Shown here piece by piece: positions 12,853 to 26,184 of a DNA stretch of 64,000 nt (its first letter is position 1; every line of letters starts with the position of its first letter). The position numbers and the translations under genes were made by a program. The notes below the pieces were generated by a model. That model had not been told where the DNA came from. It saw only the letters and a list, made by a program, of their open reading frames with translations, and ran no database searches. Source of the stretch: Octopus sinensis (Eukaryota); the NCBI RefSeq assembly GCF_006345805.1, contig NC_043011.1:28470464-28534463 (forward strand). Reading direction: 5' to 3'.

Positions 12853-13150
12853 AAGTTAACTTCGTGAGTTTAAGCGCATGTATAATACATAATATATGCG
12901 TTCGTATGTGTATGCTTGCGTGTAGGGAGCATATCATTCATTACATACACATATGTATTCGTAAGTCTATTGGTGCACACGCTTATTACACATAATTATG
13001 CGTATCCAATATGTAGGAGGAAAAATTTTCGACATTTATTAAACATGTATAAGTACTCGGTTATTTGTGACAATGGAAGTCACATTAAAATACATTCATG
13101 CACTCATATATAACTACTTCATAACTTTCTCTCTCTCTCTCTCTTTCTCT

Positions 13151-13193
<43 letters not shown>

Positions 13194-13638
13194 ATACTCA
13201 CACATATATTTACGCATATGTACCCACTTTTACAGGCATGACATAGAAAGCCGTTATTTTTTATGTTGATTGTAAAAATGAGAGGAAAAAAACAAACAAA
13301 TGACGCTTTTGTTTCTTTTAAATATTTGGAGGGTTTTTTTTTACGTATTTTCTTTTATTATTGACGTAATTTACTTCCTGCTGGACTTCTTTCTACTCGT
13401 ATGTGGGGTTTTTTAAGAACGTACGTATTGTCCATTAAATATTGTTAGAATATCTTATACAAAACCATTAAGAGTTGACGCTGGAAATGCATATGTTTCT
13501 AGCAGAGAAGCATTGAAAGTTATCCTCTATGTAAGTAAATGACAGCGTCGAAATATAGGGAAATAAAGGGATGATGGTGAATCCTGACGATGGGAGATCA
13601 AGCTTTCGTTTAATTTCTCTTATGATGCTAAAATAATA

Positions 13639-13779
13639 TTAGGTTATCCCAAAAGTTCGTAAACACTTGCGAAAATTGAATTTTTACTCGCCAAGTACTA
13701 ACAAAAACAACAAAAATTATTCCTCAAAATAAAGACCATTATTTTCCAAGACTTTCTACGAACTTTTGGGACAACCTTA
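13639..13779. mobile_element. mariner-type MITE
   Basis: TIRs TTAGGTTATCCCAAAAGTTCGTA / TACGAACTTTTGGGACAACCTTA, TA on both flanks. Confidence 0.85.
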
Positions 13780-14218
13780 TAGTTACTAATAATTTATCAA
13801 TGCTTTTAAGGAAGATCTAACATTAGAGTACAGCTTTGGTTTCAATTCTCAGGATTTATGTTATTTATTGCCGTTATATTTTTGTTGTTCTTGTTATTGC
13901 TGCCGTGTTTATTTAGGTTTTTGTTTGGTGGTGATCGTGGTGGTCGTCATTGTAGCGGTGGTAGCAGCGACGTTGAGCTCACAAACAAAGACGCTGCAAT
14001 GAAATCATCATTAAAATAATCAGCAGAACTGTCTTGTTGACTATCAGAATAACACCGATGTCGAATCCCAAAAGAGACTTATTTCAATTGATTAAAGTCT
14101 GCCGAAGTACCGACCATTTTTCACAAAAGTGCAAGTAATATTTGATGTGATATATTGATATCTCCAGTAGAATTTGAGGATACTACATTTACTCATTGAT
14201 ATAGCCCTCTTCATGTTA

Positions 14219-14739
14219 CCGTAAATCCTCGAGTATAGTCCGCCCTTGAGTATAATACGCAGGGGATTTTTAGGGGACTGTACCTCTGAAATATCTAAAC
14301 CTTGTGTATAATACGCACCACTTCTCTAACTTAAGTCGTGCGTAATTAAGCCAGCAGCACCTAGTCGAACAAACACTTCCACGCATGCGTGATACAATAA
14401 TAGTGATGTTCTTAACTGTTATATGGGAATGTAAATATGTTTGCAAATTGTTTTTGTTACATGTTATTCTGTGTTCTGAATACTTTTATTTTGATATATG
14501 TTGCTTACTTCAAGTTATGGATGATTCTTTTATGACTTCATTGCTTCAGGCTTGGCTTAAGGTATTTTCGAGTCCGACATCACAAAATACGTCTGAATAA
14601 ACATTGCCGGACAGTAAATAGAGACTCGGACATTGTTTAGAAAATATTTTTCATTTTTAACCTCGTATATAGTACGCACTAGGGATTTTGACCTTTAAAT
14701 TTTAGGGGAAAAGTACGGACTATACTCGAGGATTTACGG
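14219..14739. mobile_element. pogo/Tc2-type MITE
   Basis: Perfect 24-bp TIRs CCGTAAATCCTCGAGTATAGTCCG / CGGACTATACTCGAGGATTTACGG with TA TSD. Confidence 0.92.
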
Positions 14740-14815
14740 TAACTATTTCCTTCTAAATCTTAACAATCTTCATTGTTTGAGAGGGTTTGTTGTTTCATTG
14801 CTGTATATATTAATA

Positions 14816-16033
14816 CAGGTTGTCCCGAAAATATTATACGCATAGTGTATGATTATAAGCTAAGTGTTTATTAAAATACCTATAATTTTCAGAATTGAAT
14901 AGAATCTATAACTAGAAGGTATATTTTTTTAACTAATGACCGTCTTGGTTCAGGCCTTATCGCTAAAGCGAAGCAATGGAATTACACCTTTCAACAAACA
15001 TCTTGTTCCGTATATGTGCGCGTTCATGTTCAACGGCTGCCCTCACTTCGTCGACAGTTGCTTATTTAGTACTGTAAATTTCATCTTTTCTGTATCCTCA
15101 TGAGCGTCTAGTGGTGTTCGGTTCGGTGAATGCAGAGGGTATTTTACTGAACCTCTTCATCCAATACACCTGTTTGGCAACATCTGTGTAATCTCTTAAG
15201 TTACTATGGTAGTGTGGGGTACCCCATTACGCTCTAAAAACATTCCATAATTTCAAAGTCCGTTTGGCAGCTTGCTTTCAAAGATTGTCGCAGCAGGTTC
15301 AAGGAAACGGAACCAGTTATTGTACCACCAAAACAAGAATGGTTCAATGAATCATTTTGATGATAAACCACACGCTACTGTAATTCCTTGTAAATTAACA
15401 TATTGTTCCTACGTAAAATGGGGATTTTCAGTTCCCCAAGGTGAGTTACTGTGACAGTTGATTGAGCCGTTTAATTTTAATTTAGCTTTAAACTCTAAAT
15501 AATATTTGCTGGAGACTGTGCCTCTTCAGCACATCTCGCCAGGTGCATCTTGCAAAACTCCACTCTTCGCTGGGGATCATCTTCATTGGAGACATGGACT
15601 ATTCTTGGAGTGTAGCATTTTCAATGACAGCTGGATGCTTCATTTTGAAATTCCTTCCTCGCGACTCGCCGCATAACTCTTCTTGAACTCTGACAATACG
15701 TTTCTAGTGTTCTTTCTTGGTTTTGTGGAGCTTGACGATGTCCGTGGTCTTTAAGCATCTCTCTTGTGGACATTCTGAACAGTTCCACCTACTTCAGACT
15801 TATCTTAATTCATCTGAATGTTAGTCACGGATCTATATCTGTTTGATAGTTCCTTCTAAATCGTCTGTGCATTTCAACTGATTTCAAATTTCCGGTCGCA
15901 CTTTAGATCAAATTTATTTTCATCAAAGCTTAGCCTGGTTCCCTTCATTTCTAAATAGTTACATTTAAAAGAAAATGAAAATTCAATGAAGTATTATCTA
16001 TCAAAGTGTATGTACAGTTTTTGAGGATACTTG
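14816..16033 (-). mobile_element. Highly decayed Tc1/rosa-like transposon
   Basis: Termini CAGGTTGTCCCGAAAAT / GTTTTTGAGGATACTTG resemble the 6922 TIR; minus-strand remnant of the PPRSPDLTPLD..WGY motif near 15090-15135. Confidence 0.55.
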
Positions 16034-16039
16034 ATATTA

Positions 16040-16860
16040 TTATCATCGTAATGGACTGACAGAAGTGTTCGAGAGTTGGAAAAAATACCGTGTGTTATTT
16101 GTTCCCATTGTTCACTCTCTAAATTAAAATCTAACAGAGATCGGCTTTGCCTTTCAGCACCTCTAAGTTGTTGGTATTTTGCCTAAACTAAAAACTATTT
16201 TATTATCGAAGTAAGAGAAGCGGATGCCAATATCTTTAGAGAGTCAGAAAAAATTATTCCGTGCAGTATTTATTCAGGCATTTTACGCTTCCAATTCAGA
16301 TCTGACTGAGGTCAACCTTGCCTTTCAAGCACCAGTCAAGTACTGGTACAGCACAATAAACAAGCGCCACCCACTTGCTCTATATTGCTGGTGTTTTCAC
16401 TAAATCAGAAACATTTGTATCTATTATTATCGTAATTGTAGTGAACTGATAGAATTGTTAAAGCATCAGAAGAAATTATTTGTAGTTAATTTTGATATTA
16501 ACGCCCTATGCTTTTAATTCAAATCCTCTCGATGTCAACTTTTCCTGTCAACGCTCTGGGGACAATAAAATTAAGTACTAGTTAAATATTGGGGTCGATG
16601 TAATTGACTAACTCCTCTCCAAAAACTCCTGGACATGTACGTAAATTATAAAATATTAATATTATTGTTACTATCAAGGCGTCGAGCCGGCCTAATCCTT
16701 AGCACGCCGGGGAAAATGCTTAACAGCATTTTATCTATCTTCACGACTTTGCCTTTCATCCTTTCAGGATCGATAAAATGAGTACCAGCTGAACATTGGG
16801 GTCGATGTAATCGATTTAACCTCATCTCCCATCTTTGTGTCATAATTCGAAACCAATATT
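16040..16860 (+). mobile_element. Tandem array of degenerate SINE family 2 units
   Basis: Repeated GACTTTGCCTTTCATCCTTTC..GGTCGATAAAATGAGTACC and GGGGTCGATGTAATCGA modules at roughly 190-bp spacing. Confidence 0.65.
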
Positions 16861-17291
16861 GTTATTACCATCGTTTTGACAACAGTTCCATAGGATATTT
16901 TAATCCATCGCCAAATGCACCCAAGGTCACTCAGGGGAGCGGGTTCAGTATTGTCTTTCGGATATGTAGATTTGTATTTATATATCAGCTTTGCTTTTGT
17001 TGTGGATATTTTCTGTTGTTTCGGCTGTTATTTTCATGTTTACTTTGTTAAACGATGATCTTACTGGGGGGGGGGTCTATCTACAATTATCATACTTGGT
17101 TTTCTTACTTCAATAGTATGATTAGTCCCTAATGATCCATAACGATCATTCACCATGACTGCCTCTGGCATGTCTTATGGCACACCACTGTTGCGACTCT
17201 CCAAATACACAAACTTAGTTAAAACACCAGCAACTTTTTTTACTAACTCACTCATGACTCCATGAATACTATTTTCTTAAAAGCTTGTGGG

Positions 17292-17503
17292 AGGTGGGGT
17301 GCTGAAAAGTTCCTGGCTGCAAGGTATCACGAAAGGCCTGGCTGAATTCCCCACTTACCCACTTCTTTTACAGGGCTTAGAAAGCTGAAGAACTGTTGTA
17401 ATAAGTGTGTGATTCTGAGAGAAGAATATGTTGAATAAAATCATTAACTGATCCTCCTCTATTTTCTTTTACCCAAGGCCAAAATCTTTTCCGCACCCCC
17501 TCG
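17292..17503 (+). mobile_element. mariner-derived MITE (~215 bp)
   Basis: TIRs GGGGTGCTGAAAAGTTCCTGGC / GCCAAAATCTTTTCCGCACCCCCTCG-TA; interior encodes a mariner C-terminus (NKCVILREEYVE*); further copies at 28207 and 32280. Confidence 0.85.
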
Positions 17504-19516
17504 TAATGTACTTTCTTCGCAGATACTTAATACATTTGTCTCTTTTATAATTAACTGAGTTTTATCGATCACCCTCTGAATAAATTTCTTCTTACCTACT
17601 CCTAACCACAATGAGAGTGTTTCAGTTCTCAATTCCATTCCCAATGTGTCTAGATTTTGAAAGTGATGAACTGAAAGGAACTCATATTAAAATAGTAATG
17701 AAAAATAATTTATAAAAATCATCTACTCGAGAAAGGTAGGGTTTCCAAAATAATACAATGTGCGTGAATTTTTTTTTCTGATATATTTACCATAAAGCTT
17801 CCAACTATATCCATTATTAATACTTTTCATTAAAATCCCATCAATTGGTGTATGTACTTGAAAAATGATATTTTGAAAGAATAAATCGTGATGAAATTTC
17901 CTACTGAGTCTGTCTAAAGATCTATTAATGTCCGGCGAAATGCGACAGCTGTTTAACATTCAAGATAAATCGGCATTCATTTACATACGTTTTTGTTCTT
18001 TTCTTTTCTTTTATTCCTTTCCCATTTTCAACTCGAAAGATGCTGCCATGCTGGGGCTAAGCTTCTAAGCAAATTTTGTAAATAATATATTTATGTTTCG
18101 TATATATTAGATATCCGACTGATTGTTACGCAGAGAAAAGTATAATTTCTTTTTATTAACGTGAGAAAACACGGTGTGTTCTGCGCAAAGTGCAATAAAC
18201 ACGCTGGACAAACTAGATAGAGAGTATTATTTCAATTCAAATCGACAATAGCTTTGTAATTTCTAACTTTTGAATGCTTACTTTCATAAGATGAATATCA
18301 AATCAATATGAATGAATCAACAGAATTAAACTTGTCATCGAATTGGAGTGTTATAGGTTGGATATCACACAGACACTTGTGCACATGATGTACATCTTGT
18401 ATCACGGATGCAGAATCAACGCAAGAGTGTGTGGCCAGGCTCAATCATAAAGGACTTCCGTTCAGTAGCTGTCTTCCCAGTTTCAGAAGCCCTGACTTGT
18501 CTCAAATGAAGTGCAGAAACACTTATCCATTGTGCCAAATCGATCGTGAAATCACCGCCATAGACAAATATATTTCTGTGCTTAACCACACTTATATGGG
18601 GTGGGGGGTAGTGGGGCCACAACTAGTAATATTTACTGCATTTTTTTTTTACTTTCAGGAAAACTTTTACTTTCAGAAAAAACAATTGTTTTGAAAATGT
18701 TCACTACCTTACAAAATCTATAGAGTAAAACAAAATGAAATAAATTTGCTTCTTCAGTTCTTTAGAATTACATTGGATAAAGATTCATACACATCAACAT
18801 CAACCTGTGGACATCAGAAAGTTCAGAAATGCGACAAAAAATTAAAATGTCTAAAGAAAATGAAAGAATCCCAATGGTAAAATGGTACATGATATGAGAT
18901 TAACTAAAATCCAGTAAATCTATAGACCCGACATAAAATATTCCGTATAGCGCCTTCACAATCTGCTGGAGTGGCTCTCTTTCTGATATATTGATGTCCC
19001 GTGTAGTTAAAGAAAAGTCATTATTTGAAATTAGCCATTACTCATTTTGCCCCAATTTAGACATCATGCTATGAAAACTCAAAGTTGTCAAAATAGACAT
19101 TAGTAAGGGGGAGGGGAAATTAACTGGGAATTCAGTCACATTTGTTGATCCTCTATATTATGACACCTGACAGCGTAAGGGAAACACAAAGCCACACATT
19201 TACACCTCTACATATACTCACACACACGTACACATACATATTTATGTACATTTATAGATTGTTTGTAGTGGTGTACACATTTTATATATTAATAAGATGA
19301 TAAGGTAGTCAGAATCTCAATAAATACTATTTATTCAGCACTTATATCGCGTTTGGGAATTCGTCATGAACTGCGGCAGTTGATTGGTTTCTCCTTTCTT
19401 ACATTTGACAGTTGAAAAAAGCTCACGAATTGAATTTATTCTTCGGGTTTGGGGAAAATAGTGTTTCTGGTGTTGTTATTTTTTGTTATTTTCAAGCCTA
19501 TATATATATGTGTATG

Positions 19517-19547
<31 letters not shown>

Positions 19548-19559
19548 TATATATATATA

Positions 19560-20020
19560 GGGAGAGTTTACGAAAAAAACAAAAGACGAAGACAGGTGGT
19601 GTACAAAACAAACAGATGTATTGGTATAACGCTCAGGAATAGAAAAAGTCTTTTACGTTTCGAGCCTACGCTCTTCTACAGAAAGGGACACAGAAAAAAC
19701 AAGGAGAGAAAAAAGGACAGAAAAAACAAGGTGAGAAAAATATCTGTGCGTGTTTGTGTGTGTATGTGTGTGGTAAATTTTGAAAACATATAGAACATAT
19801 TTGAAGGCTTAGGGAAGGAAGATAAAAACGGAAAAAGAAAGGGTCAGGCGTTTTCTAGGATGACTGATTTAATGCCTGGTCAAAAGTGGTCAAACATTTT
19901 ATCAATTGCAGTAAATTGTTGTTTTTGTAATTAGACGACCGATAGGATTCTTTTGGTCACCTGTTCAGTAAGTGCTTAGCTATAGAATTCGCCAAATTAT
20001 TTGCGAAGGCATTTAAGTGT
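19560..20020 (-). mobile_element. PLE 3' fragment (GIY-YIG remnant plus pLTR) in (TA)n
   Basis: [19 protein letters not shown] on the minus strand followed by a pLTR homologous to 50418-50605 and 58895-59110. Confidence 0.65.
19650..19685 (-). ncRNA. Minimal type I hammerhead ribozyme, A6U core variant
   Basis: CTTT-CTGTAGA-A-GAGC-GTAG-GCTC-GAAA-CGT-A-AAAG: stem I, 4-bp stem II, palindromic ACGT stem III, GUA triplet. Confidence 0.75.
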
Positions 20021-20027
20021 GTGTGTG

Positions 20028-20138
<111 letters not shown>

Positions 20139-20163
20139 ATGTATGTATGTATGTTTGCATATG

Positions 20164-20207
<44 letters not shown>

Positions 20208-21194
20208 GAGAGAGGGATTGAGTGAGAGTGTCTGAGAGAGTTTCTAAGTGTGTAGTGCGTTGATTATTTGAGTTATTATATCTTGTAATTATTGTAACCG
20301 TAGCAAAAGCATCAGCATTTATAATATTTAGTAATTATATAGTTTGGTACATCTGGAAAATTAATTTTTTTTTTTTTTAATTCTCATATTTTTATAAATG
20401 TACTCGGTGAATTATTTTTCTTTTCATAAGATACATTTCAGCTTCCTTCCGGTATTTAGAATCATACCTTGAGCTGGAGGTGTAAAAAACATATTTCTAA
20501 TAACAATTTTTTAATTTAGATAAAGTTACTTTTCCAGGGAACCAAATCATAAAATTACTGGATATCGTAAATGATGTTCTTATAACAGTTTTACTAAAGT
20601 TGCAGGAAAATTTTACTCTTAAACAATCTACACACAGCACGCACACAGATACACACACTATTTCTGTCTGACTCTCTCTCTCTTTCTCTCTCTCTCTCTC
20701 CCTCTCATACACGCACACACACACGCACACATACACACACGCACACACACACTGACACACACACTCACACGCGGAAACATTTAAAATTCTTCACTAACAA
20801 TTTGGGGAATTCTAAAGCGAAGTAACCACTGATCATATATAACTCAAAGAATCGTATCGGCCACATAATCATAAAAAAATGAATTTCTTGTAATTAATAA
20901 AAAGGTAACAGAAAGCATCTTATTTTTCTTCTTTCTCCTCTAAGCAAGCCTTCAAAAACATCATATATGATTTATTTAAAAGTTCACCAACCACTCCTAA
21001 TTGTCCTTCGTTTTTCCAGATCCAAGAAACAAATTGAACCCTTGACTTTTTCCCACTAACTCACATATGCGTGAGAAAGAAAAATTTTTAACAGCTCACA
21101 ATCCATGATGAATCACCGAAACGAATTTAAGCTCTACGTAACTAGCATTCATCCTAATTCTGACTTTCTTCTCTTCTTAATATATATGGGATGA

Positions 21195-21690
21195 ATGAGA
21201 CAGCGAGTTAGAAGAATCGTTGACATACCGGACAAAATGATTAGCAGCATTTTATCCGTCTGGGGTCGATGCAATCGACTTAGCCCCTCACCCGAAATAG
21301 CTGGTACTATGCCAATACTTGAAACTAATATATTATATATACAAAACCTTTTCACAGTGGTTCTCAACCCTTTTTATTTAAATATGATTTCCCACGGTGT
21401 CCTTTTAATCCCTATATCACATTTGCGGAACACCAGGGGTCAGCGAAACAAATTTTGGGAACCACTGATATATAAGTTGAATAAAGCGGTGAGCTGGCAG
21501 AATCGTTACCACGCCGGATGCAGTACTTAATAGAATTTCGTCCGCCTTCACGTTCTGAGTTCAAATTCTGTCGAGATGGACTTTGCCTTACATCCTTTCG
21601 GGGTCGATAAAATGAGTGCCAGTTGAGTAGTGGGGTTGATGTAATCAAATTACACCCCCCCCCCGAAATAGCTGGTCCTGTGCCAAAATT
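21195..21690 (+). mobile_element. SINE family 2 copies
   Basis: GCGGTGAGCTGGCAGAATCGTT head, GAGTTCAAATTC B-box-like motif, GCCTTACATCCTTTCGGGGTCGATAAAATGAG body. Confidence 0.75.
21355..21467. mobile_element. hAT (Charlie-like) MITE
   Basis: TIRs CAGTGGTTCTCAA / TTGGGAACCACTG; no recognisable 8-bp TSD. Confidence 0.65.
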
Positions 21691-21700
21691 TTAAATCAAC

Positions 21701-21781
<81 letters not shown>

Positions 21782-21890
21782 CATATATATATATTATATA
21801 TATATATATACACATAATATATATACACATATATATATATATAATATATATATATACATATATAATATATATATATACATATATATATAC

Positions 21891-21950
<60 letters not shown>

Positions 21951-22122
21951 CAAGAAAGCAAGAGCTTGTGAATCCAACCAATTAAGGGATAATATCTATC
22001 CAATATACTGCTGGTAGAATACCCAATTATTAATACACAACGTGTTTTTTTATTGCGTTGCCATTACATTACCGAGTGTACTAAATGGGTGAGGGTAAAG
22101 AGTTATTTTACCATTAATTTAT

Positions 22123-22275
22123 AGAGCAATAAGTAAATAGATGGGATCAATAGGTAGTATTCATCAACTTTTAGACATTATATTATGTCGTTTTAGTAAA
22201 TAAACAAATAAATTGACATATGTCTAAAAGTTGATGAATACCACCTGTTGATCCCCTCCATTTTCTTATTGCTCT
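22123..22275. repeat. Inverted repeat (probable inverted PLE pLTR)
   Basis: About 55-bp arms AGAGCAATAAG...TTTTAGACAT / ATGTCTAAAAG...CTTATTGCTCT; the right arm starts in ACATATGTC (hammerhead stem III plus GUC-like). Confidence 0.65.
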
Positions 22276-22296
22276 CTCTCTCTCTCTTTCTCTCGC

Positions 22297-22332
<36 letters not shown>

Positions 22333-22334
22333 AT

Positions 22335-22700
22335 GAAAGAAGTGGGAAGCTGGCACAGTCGTTTGCACACCGGGCAAAATGCCTAGCAACATTTCATCCG
22401 TCTTGGGTCGATGTAAACGATTTAGCCCCTTCCCCCCGAAATAGCTGGCATTATACCAAAATTTGAAATCAGTATATGTATACGTTGAATGAGATGGCGA
22501 GCTTGCAGAATCGTTAGCGCGCTGAGCAAGTGACTTACTGGTATTTCATCCGTCTTTACCTCCTGAGTTCAAATGTTGCGGTAGTCGACTTTGCCTTTCA
22601 TCCTTTCGAAGTCGATAAAATGAACACAAGGGTCGATCTAATCAACTGAAACCCTCCTCCGGAATTGCTGTCCTCCTGCCAAAGTTTGAAACCAATATAT
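22335..22700 (+). mobile_element. SINE family 2 tandem copies
   Basis: GGCGAGCTTGCAGAATCGTTAGCG head and GTCGACTTTGCCTTTCATCCTTTCG body. Confidence 0.75.
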
Positions 22701-22987
22701 ACATGATGAACTTTCACAGTTTCCGACCACCAAGTTCACTCACGAGGAGTTAATCAACCCAGGACAATAAAAGACAGGTTCCAAGGTGCTGTTCAAAGGA
22801 ACTGAACCCGAAACAACGTGGTTGGGAAGTGAATAAAACCACATAGCCTGAGTCAATAGATACGGGTGTATGTGTGTGTGTGTGTGTATTTTGTGTATAT
22901 GATGTGCGTTGTTATGTGTATAGATAAATAGATAGATAAATGCATGCGTTTATGTATGTAAGTCTATATATTATATATATATATAAA

Positions 22988-23044
<57 letters not shown>

Positions 23045-23189
23045 TATAAATGTTAAGTTAACATCTGAATGTTAAGTTAGCAAACAATTATATAAAAAAA
23101 GATAATGAAAATGAAGCTAAAATGATATTTTATAATTTAAGGTTTATTAACATCCTATCTTACAAAAACTTGAAAATCCCAATTAAAGA

Positions 23190-23644
23190 GCATAAAATCT
23201 ACAGAGTTGTCTCCTCTTACTCACAGGAACTGGATAACTCCTACCCCATTTCCTGTTTTGACATTCATTTAACAAACATTCTAAATTAAACACCACATGG
23301 ATTTAATCACATGGATCTCAATCCTCCAAGGTCATTTTTCCAAGAACTATCATTGAACTCGAGATACACAAAGACTTTACAATGTATCGGTGTACCTATT
23401 TTTTAATTTTTGTATATGTTTATTATTTTTTGGCAAAAAACAATGTAATTTTCTTTTTTCCCCCTCCTCAATTATAAAACAAAATATTTCTTCTCACCTT
23501 ACAACTCTTGAAAAGTCGCATTGCGACGAAAACCGGTTAGGATTAATAAATATTAAAAAAAAATTTTTTTTAATTTTCCATACACCCATTTTCCTTAAAA
23601 TTTACCTTCAATTTAGCATTCTGCCTTTTTATAATTTTTCCTTG

Positions 23645-23645
<1 letters not shown>
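23190..23645 (+). mobile_element. PLE 3' fragment (GIY-YIG end plus pLTR)
   Basis: LN*TPHGFN (GIY-YIG C-terminal LxTxxPxGLN-like) at ~23281-23307 followed by a hammerhead; ends in (TA)n. Confidence 0.55.
23503..23544 (+). ncRNA. Minimal hammerhead ribozyme with U3-A8 core
   Basis: AACTC-TTGAAAA-GTCGC-ATT-GCGAC-GAA-AACCGGTT-A-GGATT: perfect 5-bp stem II, 8-nt palindromic stem III, UUA triplet. Confidence 0.6.
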
Positions 23646-23694
<49 letters not shown>

Positions 23695-24549
23695 TGTATA
23701 TATATATATATGCGTATATAAACAATCAACAACGAATAAGAACGTGGCTGCATACACGGAATCAACTAGAAAAAAATTCTATAGGGAATAACTTATGAAG
23801 ACTCTAGTGTATTTGTCATTTGCTCGTTAAACACACGCGCACACACACACTCACACACGTGCGCGTGCCCACGCACACATGCATACAGTTTTATGTTACC
23901 ATTACAGTATTTTCTCAGATTAGTTTCGAAGAGAAACCTGTAATTAAATGATAGTTTTATTACCTTAGAATAATATTTCTTTGAATTGGCACGAAACCGC
24001 AAATTAGGTAGGGAAACAAATAAAGGTATATTGTTCATTCATTCAACCCACTTTATTATATTACAGATGTGTGAACTGGGAGAACCGAAAGAGCATTAGA
24101 ATTTCTTCCGGCTCTTTACGTTCAGAGTTCAAATTCCGCAAAGTCAACAGTGTCTCTCATCATTCTGGACTCAACAAAATAATAACTAGTCAAGTACTGC
24201 GGTTGATTTAATCGAGTAAGCCTTTAATTCCAAATCTCTGGCCTTATGTCAAAGTAAGGAATAATTATATTACAGCTATACAAAAACGTACGTTTAAAAT
24301 GGAGAGTGAGATATTTTAAACTCCAGTATATAACGTGAGCCAACTCTGGAAACTGAAGATAGATGCTGTAAGTATTAGCTCGACTTGCTGTATATAGCAG
24401 TGAAATATCTTTGGAATAACGCCGTTTTAGAAAGGGACACATTATGTTAAAATGCAATCTTAGATTTACTATATTCTGCTTATCAAGGAAGACCAACTCC
24501 TACGAGTTTACTGTTTTTATTGGGAAGGAAAGAGTATCATTAGGAGATA

Positions 24550-25650
24550 AATCAAAATATTTTACACAAAATCTGGTCAATTGTAGGAACCCATGACAGT
24601 GCAAAAATATTGAAAACATTGCAAAACACATACATCTGGAATGCACTAAGACATGATAAGACACCAAATTTCTACTTAAAATATTCATCACTACCACATA
24701 CAGAGATACTTAATACTGATGGAGCTGAAAACAACACTAATCTATCTCAGTGAGGTGAAAAACCCAATTTAATTCCGTTAATTGAAGAAGCACAAAATGT
24801 TATAGGTTCATAATCTACATTTCATAGTCTTGCGTCCCCAAAGTCCATCCCCTCCTCACCGTGGTGGGGACGCTGGCAACGGGTAGTGTCAGAGCTATGC
24901 CGTTGGGAACTTCGGTTCCTGGTTGGGCCACCCAAGGCGGATTGGTCCGACACCGAGTGGTATTAGGGCCACAACCCGGCAGACGGGGCTCAGTGAAAAT
25001 CCTCGGAGTGTCTGTTTCGGCAACCGGCGACTCCTCGATCGTTCTGTCCCTGCGTCTGCGGACGATCTGCGGCAAGCAGGATGTCTTTACATGCGGGATT
25101 GTTGGGGACCGCTTGTGAAATCCACATATTCCTACGAAACATCTTCCAAAGACTCAACCCACCCAGGGTGAATGTCGCTACAAGTACAAGTACAAGTAAG
25201 TATTTCATAGTCTTGAAAGCATTAACTGAAGCTATATCATAGATTATAAAGACTTAGAACAATCTGTCAAGAACACAATGAATGCAACATGTATTTGTCA
25301 AGGTCAAGTTTTGAACAATAAAATTATTATTGAACATTGTAGACGGAGAAAAAAGAATCTGAATATAGTATGGGTTGATTTCCAGAATGCCTTTACAGTG
25401 TTCCCTATATGAGGGTTCTGTAAACATTAACCGTAAGCAGCGTTGCACCAATAATGAGTTATATACCACATATGTATTAATGATAAACATTTCTGCATAT
25501 GCAGGTAAAAGGAGAAAATCATATAACCTAACGCTATCTTTACATAAAGTGAATTATTTAAAAAGCAATTCCTCTATTTTGTTTTTCGTCCTGCGCTAAT
25601 CTTTTGAGCAGTATGTTAAATGGGACCGAACTTGAAGACAAAAGCTATGG
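24550..25650 (+). pseudogene. Decayed R4/NeSL-like non-LTR reverse transcriptase fragment, interrupted by an RTE-derived insertion
   Basis: NKIIIEHCRRRKKNLNIVWVDFQNAF/(frameshift)SVP at ~25317-25415 matches the RT motif ILExCKRRKKNLxMAWIDYKKAFDSVPH; outer limits approximate. Confidence 0.6.
24833..25201 (+). mobile_element. Short non-autonomous RTE-derived retroelement (5'UTR plus 3' tail)
   Basis: 14-bp TSD ATTTCATAGTCTTG (24819-24832 and 25202-25215); (CAAGTA)n tail; GAGCTATGCCGT...GGGCCACCCAAGGCGGA resembles the conserved RTE/BovB 5'UTR motif; GC-rich. Confidence 0.85.
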
Positions 25651-26184
25651 CTGGACCAACAAGCATCATTTTGTATAGGGGCGATCTCAAATTGCATACT
25701 GTAGACTATAAACAACTAAAAAAATTGCTGTAGATTGTTGAAGAGTAATTCAGGTGAGATTTGTGTAAGTAAAATGCGCCCAGGTAACATTAAGGAAAGT
25801 AATATTATATTTAGGTTTACTAATATCATGTTAGTGAAAGAAACGGAAAAACAGAATTACACTGTTCACAAACATACAAATAATTTTATTTTTTAAATCG
25901 ATGAAGCAGACAGTAAACAGTACCAGTACACGCAAACGAAAGAAAGTGTCACTAAGGAATAATATAGACACATTAGAATAATGCTCAAGTCGATGTTGAA
26001 TGTAAAAGGTATGATAATATATTGGAAACAATAAACGAGATGTATTAGAAATAAGTGCCCAGGTGGACGCAAAATAAAATAACAAATAGAAAATGGTGTG
26101 TAGAATATATTATATGAATTCTGAGATTTGAAGATTTCATTTACCATGAATATAGACAGAGAGGAACATTACGAAATTAGAAAT

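Noticed and set aside
19345-19450. Minus-strand CCGAAGA...AATTCGT/ACGAATT...CAAACGCG possible hammerhead
   Set aside because: GAAA and the cleavage triplet are not intact; too degenerate to call.
24990-25208. ORF MKYLLVLVLVATFTLG..., resembling a secreted peptide precursor
   Set aside because: The ATG lies in the TSD and the hydrophobic stretch is the antisense of the (CAAGTA)n retroelement tail.
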